Under the pieces are notes generated by a model, which was not told where the DNA came from, did not search any database, and saw nothing but the letters and a program-made list of their open reading frames with translations. A program made the translations under genes and the position numbers. From Sulfurimonas sp. (lineage in GTDB: Bacteria; Campylobacterota; Campylobacteria; Campylobacterales; Sulfurimonadaceae): a stretch of 64,000 bases of DNA. Below are positions 29,524 through 39,238 of this stretch, piece after piece; the first letter of the stretch is position 1, and each line of letters opens with the position of its first letter. The stretch lies in NCBI GenBank assembly GCA_041652055.1, contig JBAZIE010000001.1, positions 133,380 through 197,379 on the forward strand, in the 5' to 3' direction.

Positions 29524-32500
29524 TTAATCTCCAATCTCTAAGTTCATAGGTAATTTTGTTAAATTTTTAGGTTTTACAAGCCAGAAATTTCTAACCTCTA
29601 CCCTGAAGTTATCAAGCAGCGCTTTTGCCTTTTTGCTTCCTGTTTCGACAATATAATCTTTTAGAAGTTTTTTCAGATAGTGTCTAGCCTCATCGCCATC
29701 ATCCGTATCTATGCGAATAGGCTCAACAAGCTCTCTATTTACATTCTCTATGAAAGTATGGTCGGAGTCATACACAAAACTGATTCCTCCCGTCATACCA
29801 GCACCGAAATTGATTCCTGTGCGCCCCAAGATAACAACAACTCCGCCCGTCATGTACTCACAGGCATTATCGCCTGTTCCCTCAACGATTGCAATAGCCC
29901 CTGAGTTACGCACGGCAAATCTCTCGCCAACGCTTCCGGAGATGTAAAGCTTGCCGCCTGTTGCCCCGTAAAGACAAGTATTTCCACCCGCAGCAAACTT
30001 TTCGCCTTCATTTTGAGAAGTAACTATAATTCTACCTCCATGCATACCTTTTCCGATATAGTCGTTTGCCACACCCTCAAGATATATTGAGATGCCCGGC
30101 AACAAAAACGCACCAAGAGCCTGACCTGAAATACCTTTAAGATTTATCTTTATTGTATCAGGACTTAGCCCCTTATCTCCATAATATTCAGCTATCTCGC
30201 CGCTGATCAAAGCTCCAAAACTTCTATTTGTATTAGCTATTTCTCGCTTTATTCGAACATGATTTGCAGGGTTTCTAATTGAACCCATAGCCTCTTTTAA
30301 AACATCTTTCTCAAAAGCGTTATCGTCAAACGGATGATTTGACTTTTGCTGGCATGTATTAACGCCTTTTTCTTGATGAAGAAGTGAGCTAAAGTCAAAT
30401 TTTTGAGCAAATTTGTCATCAACAACTTTAAGCAAGTCGCTTCTTCCTATCATCTCTTCCATTGTTCTAAAGCCAAGCTCTGCCATTATAGATCGAACAT
30501 CCTCCGCTAAAAGAGTAAAATAATTTATCAACTGGTCAACATGACCTTTAAAGAACTCTTGACGAAGTTTTTCATTTTGTGTAGCAATACCGACCGAGCA
30601 TTTATTTACATGGCAGATACGAAGCATTTTACAGCCTACAATCGTTAAAACGCCTGTTCCAAATGCGTAGCTTTCAGCACCCAGAAGTGCAGCTTTTATA
30701 ACGTCAAGTCCAGATTTTAGACCGCCGTCTGCTTGAACTTCTACAAGACCTCTAAGGTTGTTGGCTTTTAGGGCGTTATGCGCTTCACTAAGACCAAGTT
30801 CCCAAGGATTTCCTGCAAACTTAATCGATGTAAGAGGTGCAGCACCCGTTCCGCCGTCGCCACCTGAGATAATAATCTTGTCAGCATACGCTTTTGCAAC
30901 ACCTGCTGCGATTGTTCCGACACCTATGGTTGAAACAAGTTTAACTGCAACTTTTGCTTTTGGATTTACCTGCTTGACATCAAAAATAAGCTGTGCCAAA
31001 TCCTCAATCGAGTAGATGTCATGATGAGGAGGAGGCGAAATAAGCGTTACACCCGGAATTGTGTGGCGAAGCTTGCCGATAAGAGGCGAAACTTTATGCC
31101 CTGGAAGCTGTCCTCCCTCTCCCGGTTTAGCACCCTGAGCGACTTTTATCTGAATCTCTTCGGCACTTCTTAGATATGCCGCAGTTACGCCAAATCTACC
31201 AGACGCAACCTGTTTTATTTTAGAGTTTCTCTCAGTTCCAAAACGTTCACTATCCTCTCCTCCCTCTCCGGAGTTTGATTGCGCGCCGATTCTGTTCATA
31301 GCCATTGCAATGGTCTCATGCGCCTCTGGGCTAATTGAGCCAAGACTCATCGCTGCTGAAGCAAATCTTTTAAATATTGCCTCTTTTGGCTCAACTTCGC
31401 TTATATTGATAGGCTTTTGGTCCGACTTTATCTCAAAGAAATCACGGATAAATTTAAGACCTCTTTTGTTTACCAAATCTCTTAATTTTTCATAATCTTT
31501 TTTGCTTCCGCTCTCTGCCGTTGCATGTATCGCATGGATTACTTCTGGACCAAAATCGTGATGCTCCTGTCCTGTATAAAACTTATAATAGCCGCCTATA
31601 TTTAGAGGGAAAATTCTGTTAAATCCGCTCTCTTCAAATGCCTCTTTATGGTACTTTGTAAGTCTCTCGTCGATATCGTCATAGTTAAGACCGCTAAGCG
31701 CATAGTTTGAAGTGGAGAAACACTCTTTAACCACCTCTTTATTTAGTCCCATAATGTCAAAAAGACCCGCATTTCTATATGATGCAATTGTTGAGATTCC
31801 CATCTTTGACATAATTTTTAGTATTCCGGCATTTAGTGCGCCATGAACCGCTTTTAGGGCAATATTGCAATCAATAGAAGTGCTGTTTGATCTCTTTGTA
31901 TGCGCTATAACTGTCTCTGCTAAAAGTTTTGGATGTATAGCATTTGCACCGTATCCAATTAGTACAGCTGCGCCGTGAGGGTCCATAACCTCTCCCGTAA
32001 CTGCCACCATAGATGCAAGGTGGCGCACTTTTGCCTTTAGAAGCGCCGTGTTTAAACGTCCGATTGCCATAGCCATCGGAATAATTTTATTTTTTTTGCT
32101 AAACTCATAATCATCAAGGATTATAATTCTCGTACCTTCATTTTTAACAGAGCTGATAACATTTTCAACCAAAGCGTCAAGCGAAGCTTTTAAGTTTTTC
32201 TCATACGCCGTAGAGAATGTTTTGTTACGGTAAAAATCCTGGTAACTAGGTGATTTTTTATCCCCAAACGACTTTAAAATAGAGAGCTTCTCGCTTGTAA
32301 TAATCGGAGAGATTGATTTTAGGCGATGCGCGTGGAAAGGAACTTCATCAAGTATGTTGTGAACCTCGCCAAAGCCTGTATTTAAGCTCATAACAACTTT
32401 TTCTCTTATAGGGTCGATTGGAGGGTTTGTAACCTGTGCGAATTTTTGTTTAAAGAAGTCGCTAAAAGCTCTCTGCTTCTGTGAAAATGCCGCAAGAGGC

Positions 32501-33963
32501 GTATCATCACCCATTGACCCGACAGCCTCTTTACCCTCAAGCATCATAGGCTCTATCACCTGCTCTATAACTTCGTGAGTTACGTTAAAGTATCTCTGTC
32601 TTGCAATCAGCTCTTTTTTGTCATACTCCGGAGTTGACATGTACTGATCAACCACGTGCTCTTGCAAGTAGATCATATGCTCGTTTAGCCAATCCATATA
32701 AGGATTTGAGCTCTTTAAATAGTCATTTATTTCGCTGTTTTTAAATATTTTTCCATATTTAAGGTCAAGTCCGAGCATCTCTCCTGACTGCAGGCGACCT
32801 CTCTCTTTTATCTCATCCTCTGCGATATCGATAACACCGTACTCGCTTGCGATTAAGAGGTTGTCATCTTTGGTAATGATATATTTAGAGGGGCGAAGAC
32901 CGTTTCTATCAAGCACACATCCAACATAGCGTCCATCAGTTACCGAAAATGCTGCAGGACCGTCCCACGCTTCAAAAACTGTTGAGTGAAATTCGTAAAA
33001 TGCGCGAAGTTCTGGGTCCATATGCGGAGCATTCTGCCAAGCAGCAGGAATAACTGCGCGAACAGCTTTGAAAAAATCCATACCGTTTACAAGTAAAAAT
33101 TCAAAAAAGTTATCAGCTGATGCGCTGTCTGAAGATCTTGGCTGTAAAATAGGCAATATTCTTTGTATCTCTTCATCAGTAAATACATCACTTTTGATTG
33201 ATTCTGATTTTATCTCTACGTTTAAGCGATTTCCCTCAACTGAGTTAATCTCTCCGTTGTGTGCAACAGCGCGAAACGGCTGAGCCAATTTCCACTCAGG
33301 CAGAGTATTGGTTGAGAATCTTTGGTGAAATAGTGAAAAAGATATCTTGAAACTCTCATCATTAAGGTCTTCATAGAACTCTTTGATATGAGTAGGCATG
33401 ATAAGCCCTTTGTACGAAAGAACTTTAGAGCTCATAGAAGCTATGTAAAAATCTCTGTCATTTACAAGTTTGTGCTCGCTCTCTTTGCGTGACAGGTAGA
33501 GAAGTGCGTCAAATCTGTTTGTTGCCATTATTGAATTAGGAGTTATGAATAGCTGAACTATTTTAGGAAGCGATGCAAGAGCCTGCTCACCGAGAGCGTT
33601 TGTGTTGATTGGAACTTCTCTTTTAAAAACAATCTTTAAATCATTGTTTGCACAAACTTCTTCTACTATAGAGAGATTGTTGATATCTTTTGTAAAGATT
33701 GCTGCAACTGCAAACTGTTTTGGCAATTCAATCCCGTTTTTAGAAGCCTCCTTGCGAAGAAACTCCTCAGGAAGTGAAAGAAGCAGACCGCTTCCATCGC
33801 CTGTTTTGCCATCAGCTGCAACGGCACCCCTATGCATCATTCTCTCTAACGCCGTTATGGCATCGTTTAGAACTTTATGTGATGCTTGGTTTTTTATATT
33901 GGCAACAAGACCAAAACCGCAGTTATCCTTAAACGATCTTAACAAATCGTGATATTCAACCAT
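29524..33963 (-). CDS. gltB: Glutamate synthase large subunit
   Basis: DNCGFG (catalytic Cys), HQRFSTNT, AWDGPA, QGAKPGEGGQLPG, 3Fe-4S cysteines, CEYMTGG; start set at MVEYH after AGGAG. Confidence 0.97.
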   Translation of the reverse strand: MVEYHDLLRSFKDNCGFGLVANIKNQASHKVLNDAITALERMMHRGAVAADGKTGDGSGLLLSLPEEFLRKEASKNGIELPKQFAVAAIFTKDINNLSIVEEVCANNDLKIVFKREVPINTNALGEQALASLPKIVQLFITPNSIMATNRFDALLYLSRKESEHKLVNDRDFYIASMSSKVLSYKGLIMPTHIKEFYEDLNDESFKISFSLFHQRFSTNTLPEWKLAQPFRAVAHNGEINSVEGNRLNVEIKSESIKSDVFTDEEIQRILPILQPRSSDSASADNFFEFLLVNGMDFFKAVRAVIPAAWQNAPHMDPELRAFYEFHSTVFEAWDGPAAFSVTDGRYVGCVLDRNGLRPSKYIITKDDNLLIASEYGVIDIAEDEIKERGRLQSGEMLGLDLKYGKIFKNSEINDYLKSSNPYMDWLNEHMIYLQEHVVDQYMSTPEYDKKELIARQRYFNVTHEVIEQVIEPMMLEGKEAVGSMGDDTPLAAFSQKQRAFSDFFKQKFAQVTNPPIDPIREKVVMSLNTGFGEVHNILDEVPFHAHRLKSISPIITSEKLSILKSFGDKKSPSYQDFYRNKTFSTAYEKNLKASLDALVENVISSVKNEGTRIIILDDYEFSKKNKIIPMAMAIGRLNTALLKAKVRHLASMVAVTGEVMDPHGAAVLIGYGANAIHPKLLAETVIAHTKRSNSTSIDCNIALKAVHGALNAGILKIMSKMGISTIASYRNAGLFDIMGLNKEVVKECFSTSNYALSGLNYDDIDERLTKYHKEAFEESGFNRIFPLNIGGYYKFYTGQEHHDFGPEVIHAIHATAESGSKKDYEKLRDLVNKRGLKFIRDFFEIKSDQKPINISEVEPKEAIFKRFASAAMSLGSISPEAHETIAMAMNRIGAQSNSGEGGEDSERFGTERNSKIKQVASGRFGVTAAYLRSAEEIQIKVAQGAKPGEGGQLPGHKVSPLIGKLRHTIPGVTLISPPPHHDIYSIEDLAQLIFDVKQVNPKAKVAVKLVSTIGVGTIAAGVAKAYADKIIISGGDGGTGAAPLTSIKFAGNPWELGLSEAHNALKANNLRGLVEVQADGGLKSGLDVIKAALLGAESYAFGTGVLTIVGCKMLRICHVNKCSVGIATQNEKLRQEFFKGHVDQLINYFTLLAEDVRSIMAELGFRTMEEMIGRSDLLKVVDDKFAQKFDFSSLLHQEKGVNTCQQKSNHPFDDNAFEKDVLKEAMGSIRNPANHVRIKREIANTNRSFGALISGEIAEYYGDKGLSPDTIKINLKGISGQALGAFLLPGISIYLEGVANDYIGKGMHGGRIIVTSQNEGEKFAAGGNTCLYGATGGKLYISGSVGERFAVRNSGAIAIVEGTGDNACEYMTGGVVVILGRTGINFGAGMTGGISFVYDSDHTFIENVNRELVEPIRIDTDDGDEARHYLKKLLKDYIVETGSKKAKALLDNFRVEVRNFWLVKPKNLTKLPMNLEIGD

Positions 33964-34141
33964 GCTAACTCCTAAAATTTGCAATTTTCTTGTAAATTTA
34001 CTAAAATTTTAATCTCTTTTTAAAGAAACTTAGTCTATTTAGAGATAAGAGTTGCATTATACGATTTAAAGGTTTAAAAAAATATAATATCAGTATAATT
34101 TTTTCATAAAAAATAAAATATGTGTACAAAAGAAGCGGATT

Positions 34142-34762
34142 ATGCAAGGATTTATTCTAAATCTTAACAGAGTTAAAGATGAAGATTTAATAGTCACTAT
34201 ATTATCAAGAGAGAGCTTAGATACTCTTTATAGATTCTATGGCGCAAGGCACGGTGTTATCAACCTTGGCTTTAAAATCGACTACGAAAAAGAGCCCTCC
34301 TCAAAATCAACTATCATAAGATTAAAAGATGTAATCCATATAGGTTATAAATGGATTAACGATTATAAGCTTCTAAGGGTATGGCAGGATTTCAGTGCGC
34401 TTTTTTACAAGCACCTAAAAGATGCCGAAGAGCTTGATGAGTTCTACTTTGAACTGCTTGATAGCGCCTCGCTAAACTGGAACAAACAAAATCCAAAAAG
34501 AGTTGCCATCGAGGCATATATCAAACTTTTGGAGCACGAGGGAAGACTGCACAGCGAGTTTGACTGTTTTTTATGCTCAGAGACAATTATAGAGGATGAA
34601 GTCTCTCTTATTCGCGCATTTTTACCGACTCACAAAGCATGCAGCCACACATTTGGCATAAAAAAAGGCTCCCTTATAGAGCTATATAAAAACAAATCTA
34701 CCCTCTTTTTAAACGACGAAGAGGTAGAGAGGCTTTGGTGCCTTATTTTAGAGGGGTTTTAA
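34142..34762 (+). CDS. recO: Recombination protein RecO (Campylobacterota type)
   Basis: MQGFIL..EDLIV..LYRFYGARH, EGRLH..CFLC..H..C. Confidence 0.85.
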   Translation: MQGFILNLNRVKDEDLIVTILSRESLDTLYRFYGARHGVINLGFKIDYEKEPSSKSTIIRLKDVIHIGYKWINDYKLLRVWQDFSALFYKHLKDAEELDEFYFELLDSASLNWNKQNPKRVAIEAYIKLLEHEGRLHSEFDCFLCSETIIEDEVSLIRAFLPTHKACSHTFGIKKGSLIELYKNKSTLFLNDEEVERLWCLILEGF

Positions 34763-35982
34763 AAGTTCTGCATCTCTAAAACAAAAACATTCAAACCATT
34801 CTCATGACGGTATGAAAATATGAATCCGTGCCTTTGTGCGACTCTCTGCACCAAACTAAGACCCAAGCCGTATCCTGAGTGATTTCTTGAGTTATCCCCT
34901 TTTGTAAAAGCCTCACAGTAATACTCAAGCGGTTTTTCAAGTGGCTCTCCCGTGCTTTTTACAGAAATTTTTCTATCCTCTATGTCCAGATACACGGGTT
35001 TTGTCGTTCCATATTTAAGGGCGTTATCTATCAAATTTTTTAGGGCTATTGAGAGATAGTTTAAATCTCCTTTTATTTCAAAACTTGAGTTTATGGAGAT
35101 GTCCACTAACGATTCATCCTCTATAAAAAGCCTTGAGAGCGCTTCTGCTATAAGCGTCTCTGAGCTAAATGTCTCGATGTTTAGCCTGTTTTGGTTTGAA
35201 TTGAACTTCTCAATATACAAAAGCTCGTTGAGCATCTCATCAATTTGAACGAAGGCTTTGCTGAGTATTTTCTTATATTTACTCTCCTCAATCATCTCAA
35301 GCGCTATTTTTGATTTTGAGATTGGGGTTTTTAGCTCATGTCCTATATCACGAAGAAGTCTCTCTCTTGAGACTATCAAATCCTGAATATTTGATGCCAT
35401 AGAGTTGAATGTTTTTACAACCTCCCCTATCTCATCATTGCTTCTCGCACTCACCCTTAGGTCGTATGCACCCTCTCCAAACTTGCTGATGGCCTTTGAT
35501 ATCTTTTTTATCGGATAAACCATCTTTAAAATCAATAGACACAAAATTATAAGAATTAATATATCAGCCATAATCATATAATCAAGAAACTTTTTCTGCT
35601 CAAAACTCCTGTTTTGTGACTTGTCTATTACCAAAATGTCATCATCTAGATATCTCATATAGAGCAGATATTTATTATCTTCATGCTTTAGGATTTTAAT
35701 CTCTGAGAGGTCAGTATTGTACTCGTAAAGAGTATGCGACGCCCTGAAATAGTGCTCTTTGTCCTCTACTGTTTCAAATTTCAGTTCTTTTATCTTTTTT
35801 TGTAACTCCGAGTAGCTACTGTTTGAGAGGTAGGTAAATAGCTCATCTGAGACATATATATATTTATCTTTTAAGAGCGTCTCGATTGTGTTTTGCATAA
35901 GGTTATTTGCTTTTGATGATACAAATATCATTAAAGTAAAACTTATAAGAAAGAGAGTTATTACCTTGTATATTATTGACAT
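34759..35982 (-). CDS. Sensor histidine kinase (HAMP)
   Basis: Two TMs, HAMP DEIGEV..FNSM, H-box GHELKTP, NLIDNALKY, GYGLGL. Confidence 0.93.
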   Translation of the reverse strand: MSIIYKVITLFLISFTLMIFVSSKANNLMQNTIETLLKDKYIYVSDELFTYLSNSSYSELQKKIKELKFETVEDKEHYFRASHTLYEYNTDLSEIKILKHEDNKYLLYMRYLDDDILVIDKSQNRSFEQKKFLDYMIMADILILIILCLLILKMVYPIKKISKAISKFGEGAYDLRVSARSNDEIGEVVKTFNSMASNIQDLIVSRERLLRDIGHELKTPISKSKIALEMIEESKYKKILSKAFVQIDEMLNELLYIEKFNSNQNRLNIETFSSETLIAEALSRLFIEDESLVDISINSSFEIKGDLNYLSIALKNLIDNALKYGTTKPVYLDIEDRKISVKSTGEPLEKPLEYYCEAFTKGDNSRNHSGYGLGLSLVQRVAQRHGFIFSYRHENGLNVFVLEMQNF

Positions 35983-35985
35983 TAA

Positions 35986-36657
35986 CTATCCTATAAACTT
36001 GTAGCCGATGCCCCAAACGGACTTTATATATTGCGGGTCTTTTGGGTCGTCGCCGATTTTTTGGCGTATGTTGCTTATGTGCATATCTATCGTTCTCTCT
36101 TTTGAGTTGTACTCAATCGTGTTTACGGCGTTTGATATGCTCTCTCGTGATAAAACCTTTCCTCTGTTTTGCAAAAAAAGATTTAAAATGTCATACTCTA
36201 TTTTTGTCAAATCAAGTGTTAAACCCTCTATTTTTATCTCAAGTTTATCTTCGTTTATTTCAAAATCGCCGACTATTTTATTCTTGCTTATTCCTCTTTT
36301 TAGTATTGCGTTTATTCTAAGAACAAGTTCTCTTGGCTCATAAGGTTTTGCCAGATAATCATCCGCACCCAAATCAAACCCCAGTATCTTATCTCCTATC
36401 TCGCTTCTCGCCGAGGAGATGATTATGGGCAGTGAAGATATTTGCCTGATTTTTCTGCAAACATCAAAACCATCCATTTGAGGCAGCATCAAATCAAGAA
36501 CAACAACATCGTACTTCTCTTTGTTTTTTTCAAGATAAGAGAGAGCTTCAAGAGGCTTAGCAAATGCGTCCGCATGCATATCGTAGTTTTTAAGATAGTC
36601 GCAAATAAGTGTTTGCATATCAATGTCATCTTCAATAAGGAGGACATTATGCATCAA
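35986..36657 (-). CDS. OmpR-family response regulator
   Basis: LIEDD, LDLMLP, GADDYLAKP, RTIDMHISNIR, VWGIGYKF. Confidence 0.95.
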   Translation of the reverse strand: MMHNVLLIEDDIDMQTLICDYLKNYDMHADAFAKPLEALSYLEKNKEKYDVVVLDLMLPQMDGFDVCRKIRQISSLPIIISSARSEIGDKILGFDLGADDYLAKPYEPRELVLRINAILKRGISKNKIVGDFEINEDKLEIKIEGLTLDLTKIEYDILNLFLQNRGKVLSRESISNAVNTIEYNSKERTIDMHISNIRQKIGDDPKDPQYIKSVWGIGYKFIG

Positions 36658-37031
36658 TCAACCTTCCAATCATCAAAGTGGTTTATAAATCTCACTCTCT
36701 GCTTTAGATTTAAAACAATGTGTATCTTTATTAAAAGATTTTTTTCAATCTCTCTGGCTCTTAAATCGAGCTTTTGATTTAGCTTCTCAAGCTCATTATA
36801 GTTAAAATCCTCTCTTAAAAATAGATCTTTTCTTCTCTCTTCTATCTCTTTTTTAAAAATCTCAAACTCTTGAAGTTCTGCTCTGAAATCACGCAGTATC
36901 TCTTTAATCTCTATGCTCTGCTCTTTTGAGAGATTTAGATGGGAGAGCTCTTTGTTTATATGTCTGTGTTCATGGTCATCATCGGCAAATATAGCACCAA
37001 AAAAGAGCAGCAGTGCAATTATAATTTTCAT
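36654..37031 (-). CDS. Periplasmic Spy/CpxP-like helical protein
   Basis: Signal peptide, His/Asp-rich DDDHEHRH, two LTxxQ-like motifs (LSKEQ, LNLKQR). Confidence 0.7.
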   Translation of the reverse strand: MKIIIALLLFFGAIFADDDHEHRHINKELSHLNLSKEQSIEIKEILRDFRAELQEFEIFKKEIEERRKDLFLREDFNYNELEKLNQKLDLRAREIEKNLLIKIHIVLNLKQRVRFINHFDDWKVD

Positions 37032-37040
37032 TTTATATTC

Positions 37041-38156
37041 CTATGTCAGCTCAGGTATTTTAATATCTTTATCATTTAACAAACCTTGCTCTATGTTTTT
37101 ATGGCAAGCTTTGCAGTTTGACTTAGCCGCTATTTTTTTGTTTTCAAAAACGCTTTTGTCGATGTTTTTGTGTCTCTTCTCCCAATAAGGAGTTTTAGTT
37201 ATTGCTATCGTATCTCTATTTTTTATGCTTTTTGAAATCTTATATGCTGCCTCTTTTGTTGAACTCTCAGCGCTGTTTTTCATGAGATACTCTTTTATGG
37301 AGTTTTTATCCGCTTCATCAAGCGAAGCGTCATCTCCAAAATGGTCTTGTAAATTATCCATCATCTTCGCCCAAGACTCTCTTGGAAGCAAATACGGCGG
37401 ATAGAGTGTGTGGCATGAGATACACTCTTTCTCAAAAAAAGCATGCTCCACTTTATAGTCAACCTGCTTGTTTGCATCTAATAGTAAAATATTTGATGGG
37501 CTTGCAAAAAGATAGAGCAAGAAAAAAAGTGATGAGCTAATCCAAATAAGACCAAAAAGTTTTTGCAAAATCGTAAGCTTCAAGCCATGTGTATCACTAT
37601 CCGCACTTTTATAGCCGTCTATTATAGAATCTAACGCTCTGCTTTTATGAAAAAATTTATCTATCACAACTCCTGCAATATGGATAAATATAACAAACAT
37701 AAAAGCATTTACAAAAAACTCATGTAAATCCTCAAAAAAATCCATATCCTTAAAGAGCGAGATATTTAAAAACGAGAGTATTCCCATCCCCTCTTGCGTA
37801 CCGTAAACTATAACTCCGCTTACAACTGAGAGAAGTCCAAAAACTATCATGGCAACAACTGCCCAGCTTGAAGCGGGATTGTGCCCGACATACTCTTTTT
37901 TATTGCCAAATATTTTTAAAATGTACTCTACTAAATCTCTTAGATTGAAGTTAAAATCTTCAAACTTTGAGTATTTAACATCCATATAACCCCAGATAAT
38001 CCTATACAAAAACAGCAATCCGACAACATATCCAAGTGCCGCATGATAGCTTAGCAGATTTTCAAAATCAGCTATCAGATATGCCGCCGCAACAGCGCCA
38101 ATAAGAAAAATATGAAAGAGCCTCGTCAAGATGCTCCAGACATATATCTTAGTCAT
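37041..38156 (-). CDS. Cytochrome b fused to a diheme cytochrome c (DHC) domain
   Basis: Cyt b motifs TRLFH, YHAALG, GHNP, LHE, IHIAGV; DHC motifs CISCH, HFGDDA, CKACH. Confidence 0.9.
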   Translation of the reverse strand: MTKIYVWSILTRLFHIFLIGAVAAAYLIADFENLLSYHAALGYVVGLLFLYRIIWGYMDVKYSKFEDFNFNLRDLVEYILKIFGNKKEYVGHNPASSWAVVAMIVFGLLSVVSGVIVYGTQEGMGILSFLNISLFKDMDFFEDLHEFFVNAFMFVIFIHIAGVVIDKFFHKSRALDSIIDGYKSADSDTHGLKLTILQKLFGLIWISSSLFFLLYLFASPSNILLLDANKQVDYKVEHAFFEKECISCHTLYPPYLLPRESWAKMMDNLQDHFGDDASLDEADKNSIKEYLMKNSAESSTKEAAYKISKSIKNRDTIAITKTPYWEKRHKNIDKSVFENKKIAAKSNCKACHKNIEQGLLNDKDIKIPELT

Positions 38157-38670
38157 CTTCCCATTTTCCGTAGTTTGGGATATTTATCTCCCTCTCGCTA
38201 TATGAGCCTTTATCCGCCTTTGTGTGACAAGCCATACAGTTCGAGAGCGATTTAACCTCTTTTTGCTGAATCAATTCACACCCTATTTCTCTATGTTTTT
38301 GAATAAAATAGCGTGTTTTTGTTATGGCAATCGGGGTTTCTGTCATCGCTATACTCTCATCTATTTTTCTACTTTTTTTGTAGTTTGTAGATTTGTCTGC
38401 CGCATTTTTCTGCAGATAGTTTAATATATTTTGCTTATCCGCACCATCAAGAGTGGCGTCGGTTCCAAAATGCTCATCCAGCTCATCCATTACCCTCTCC
38501 CAAGATCTGCTTGGAAGAAGTCCCGCCTGATAAGCGAAGTGGCAGCTTCCACACTCTTTTAGATATAGAGTGTCCGTTACGGGTGCGATACCTTTTAACT
38601 CTTCAAACGATGCACTTTTTGCCATCAAAGCTCCTGCAATCAACATCGATGCGATTACTAATTTTTTCAT
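38149..38670 (-). CDS. Diheme cytochrome c (DHC family)
   Basis: Signal peptide; ECGSCHFAY..LLP.RSW, HFGTDA, NCMACH. Confidence 0.9.
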   Translation of the reverse strand: MKKLVIASMLIAGALMAKSASFEELKGIAPVTDTLYLKECGSCHFAYQAGLLPSRSWERVMDELDEHFGTDATLDGADKQNILNYLQKNAADKSTNYKKSRKIDESIAMTETPIAITKTRYFIQKHREIGCELIQQKEVKSLSNCMACHTKADKGSYSEREINIPNYGKWEDD

Positions 38671-38680
38671 GATAAATCCT

Positions 38681-39100
38681 TTATTTTTTGTTTATGATGT
38701 AAGTAACTACATCACCTTGTTCTTGAGGCGTGCCTTCTCTGTTGTAAGCATCTTGAAAGTTTCGTCTCAACCACTTCTTAACCTCTTTTACGTCACTAAA
38801 TCTCTTAGGATTTACAGATGGAGATAACGGTTCAATGACTTTGTTCGTATTTTCATTAAGACCATTTTTACTCAAATCTTGCGTATGACATGTAACACAA
38901 GATATTTTTTTGCCTTTTTTGCCAACGTGCTGAGTTGTAAATATCTTCTCGCCTCTAGCATAATCAAACTCCTTAAGAGTCGGATTTTGTTTTTTTGCTT
39001 CAGTCAATAAACTGTTCATAAAATCTTTCATCTGAGCATTTAACTCATATGCTTGCATAAATGAAACAACCATCAATAAAGCGACTACTGTTCTGAACAT
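38681..39100 (-). CDS. DUF1924 / SHP-like monoheme cytochrome c
   Basis: Signal peptide; SCVTCH; IEPLSPSVNP.RF; KKWLRRN; upstream of DHC and cyt b. Confidence 0.85.
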   Translation of the reverse strand: MFRTVVALLMVVSFMQAYELNAQMKDFMNSLLTEAKKQNPTLKEFDYARGEKIFTTQHVGKKGKKISCVTCHTQDLSKNGLNENTNKVIEPLSPSVNPKRFSDVKEVKKWLRRNFQDAYNREGTPQEQGDVVTYIINKK

Positions 39101-39171
39101 TTTTAAACTCCTATATTTTTTTAAACATAAGAAGTATGAGGGAAATTTGTCAAAGCATGATTGAATGTTTG

Positions 39172-39196
39172 TTTACAATTTCTTTACAATTGTAAA
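39172..39196. promoter_or_regulatory. Putative OmpR-type tandem operator
   Basis: TTTACAATT direct repeat at 39172 and 39183 (11-bp period); palindrome TTTACAATTGTAAA at 39183-39196; upstream of the SHP operon. Confidence 0.5.
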
Positions 39197-39238
39197 AACA
39201 AGAAATGGAAGATTTGGTTACTGCGGGAAAATTAGCTG

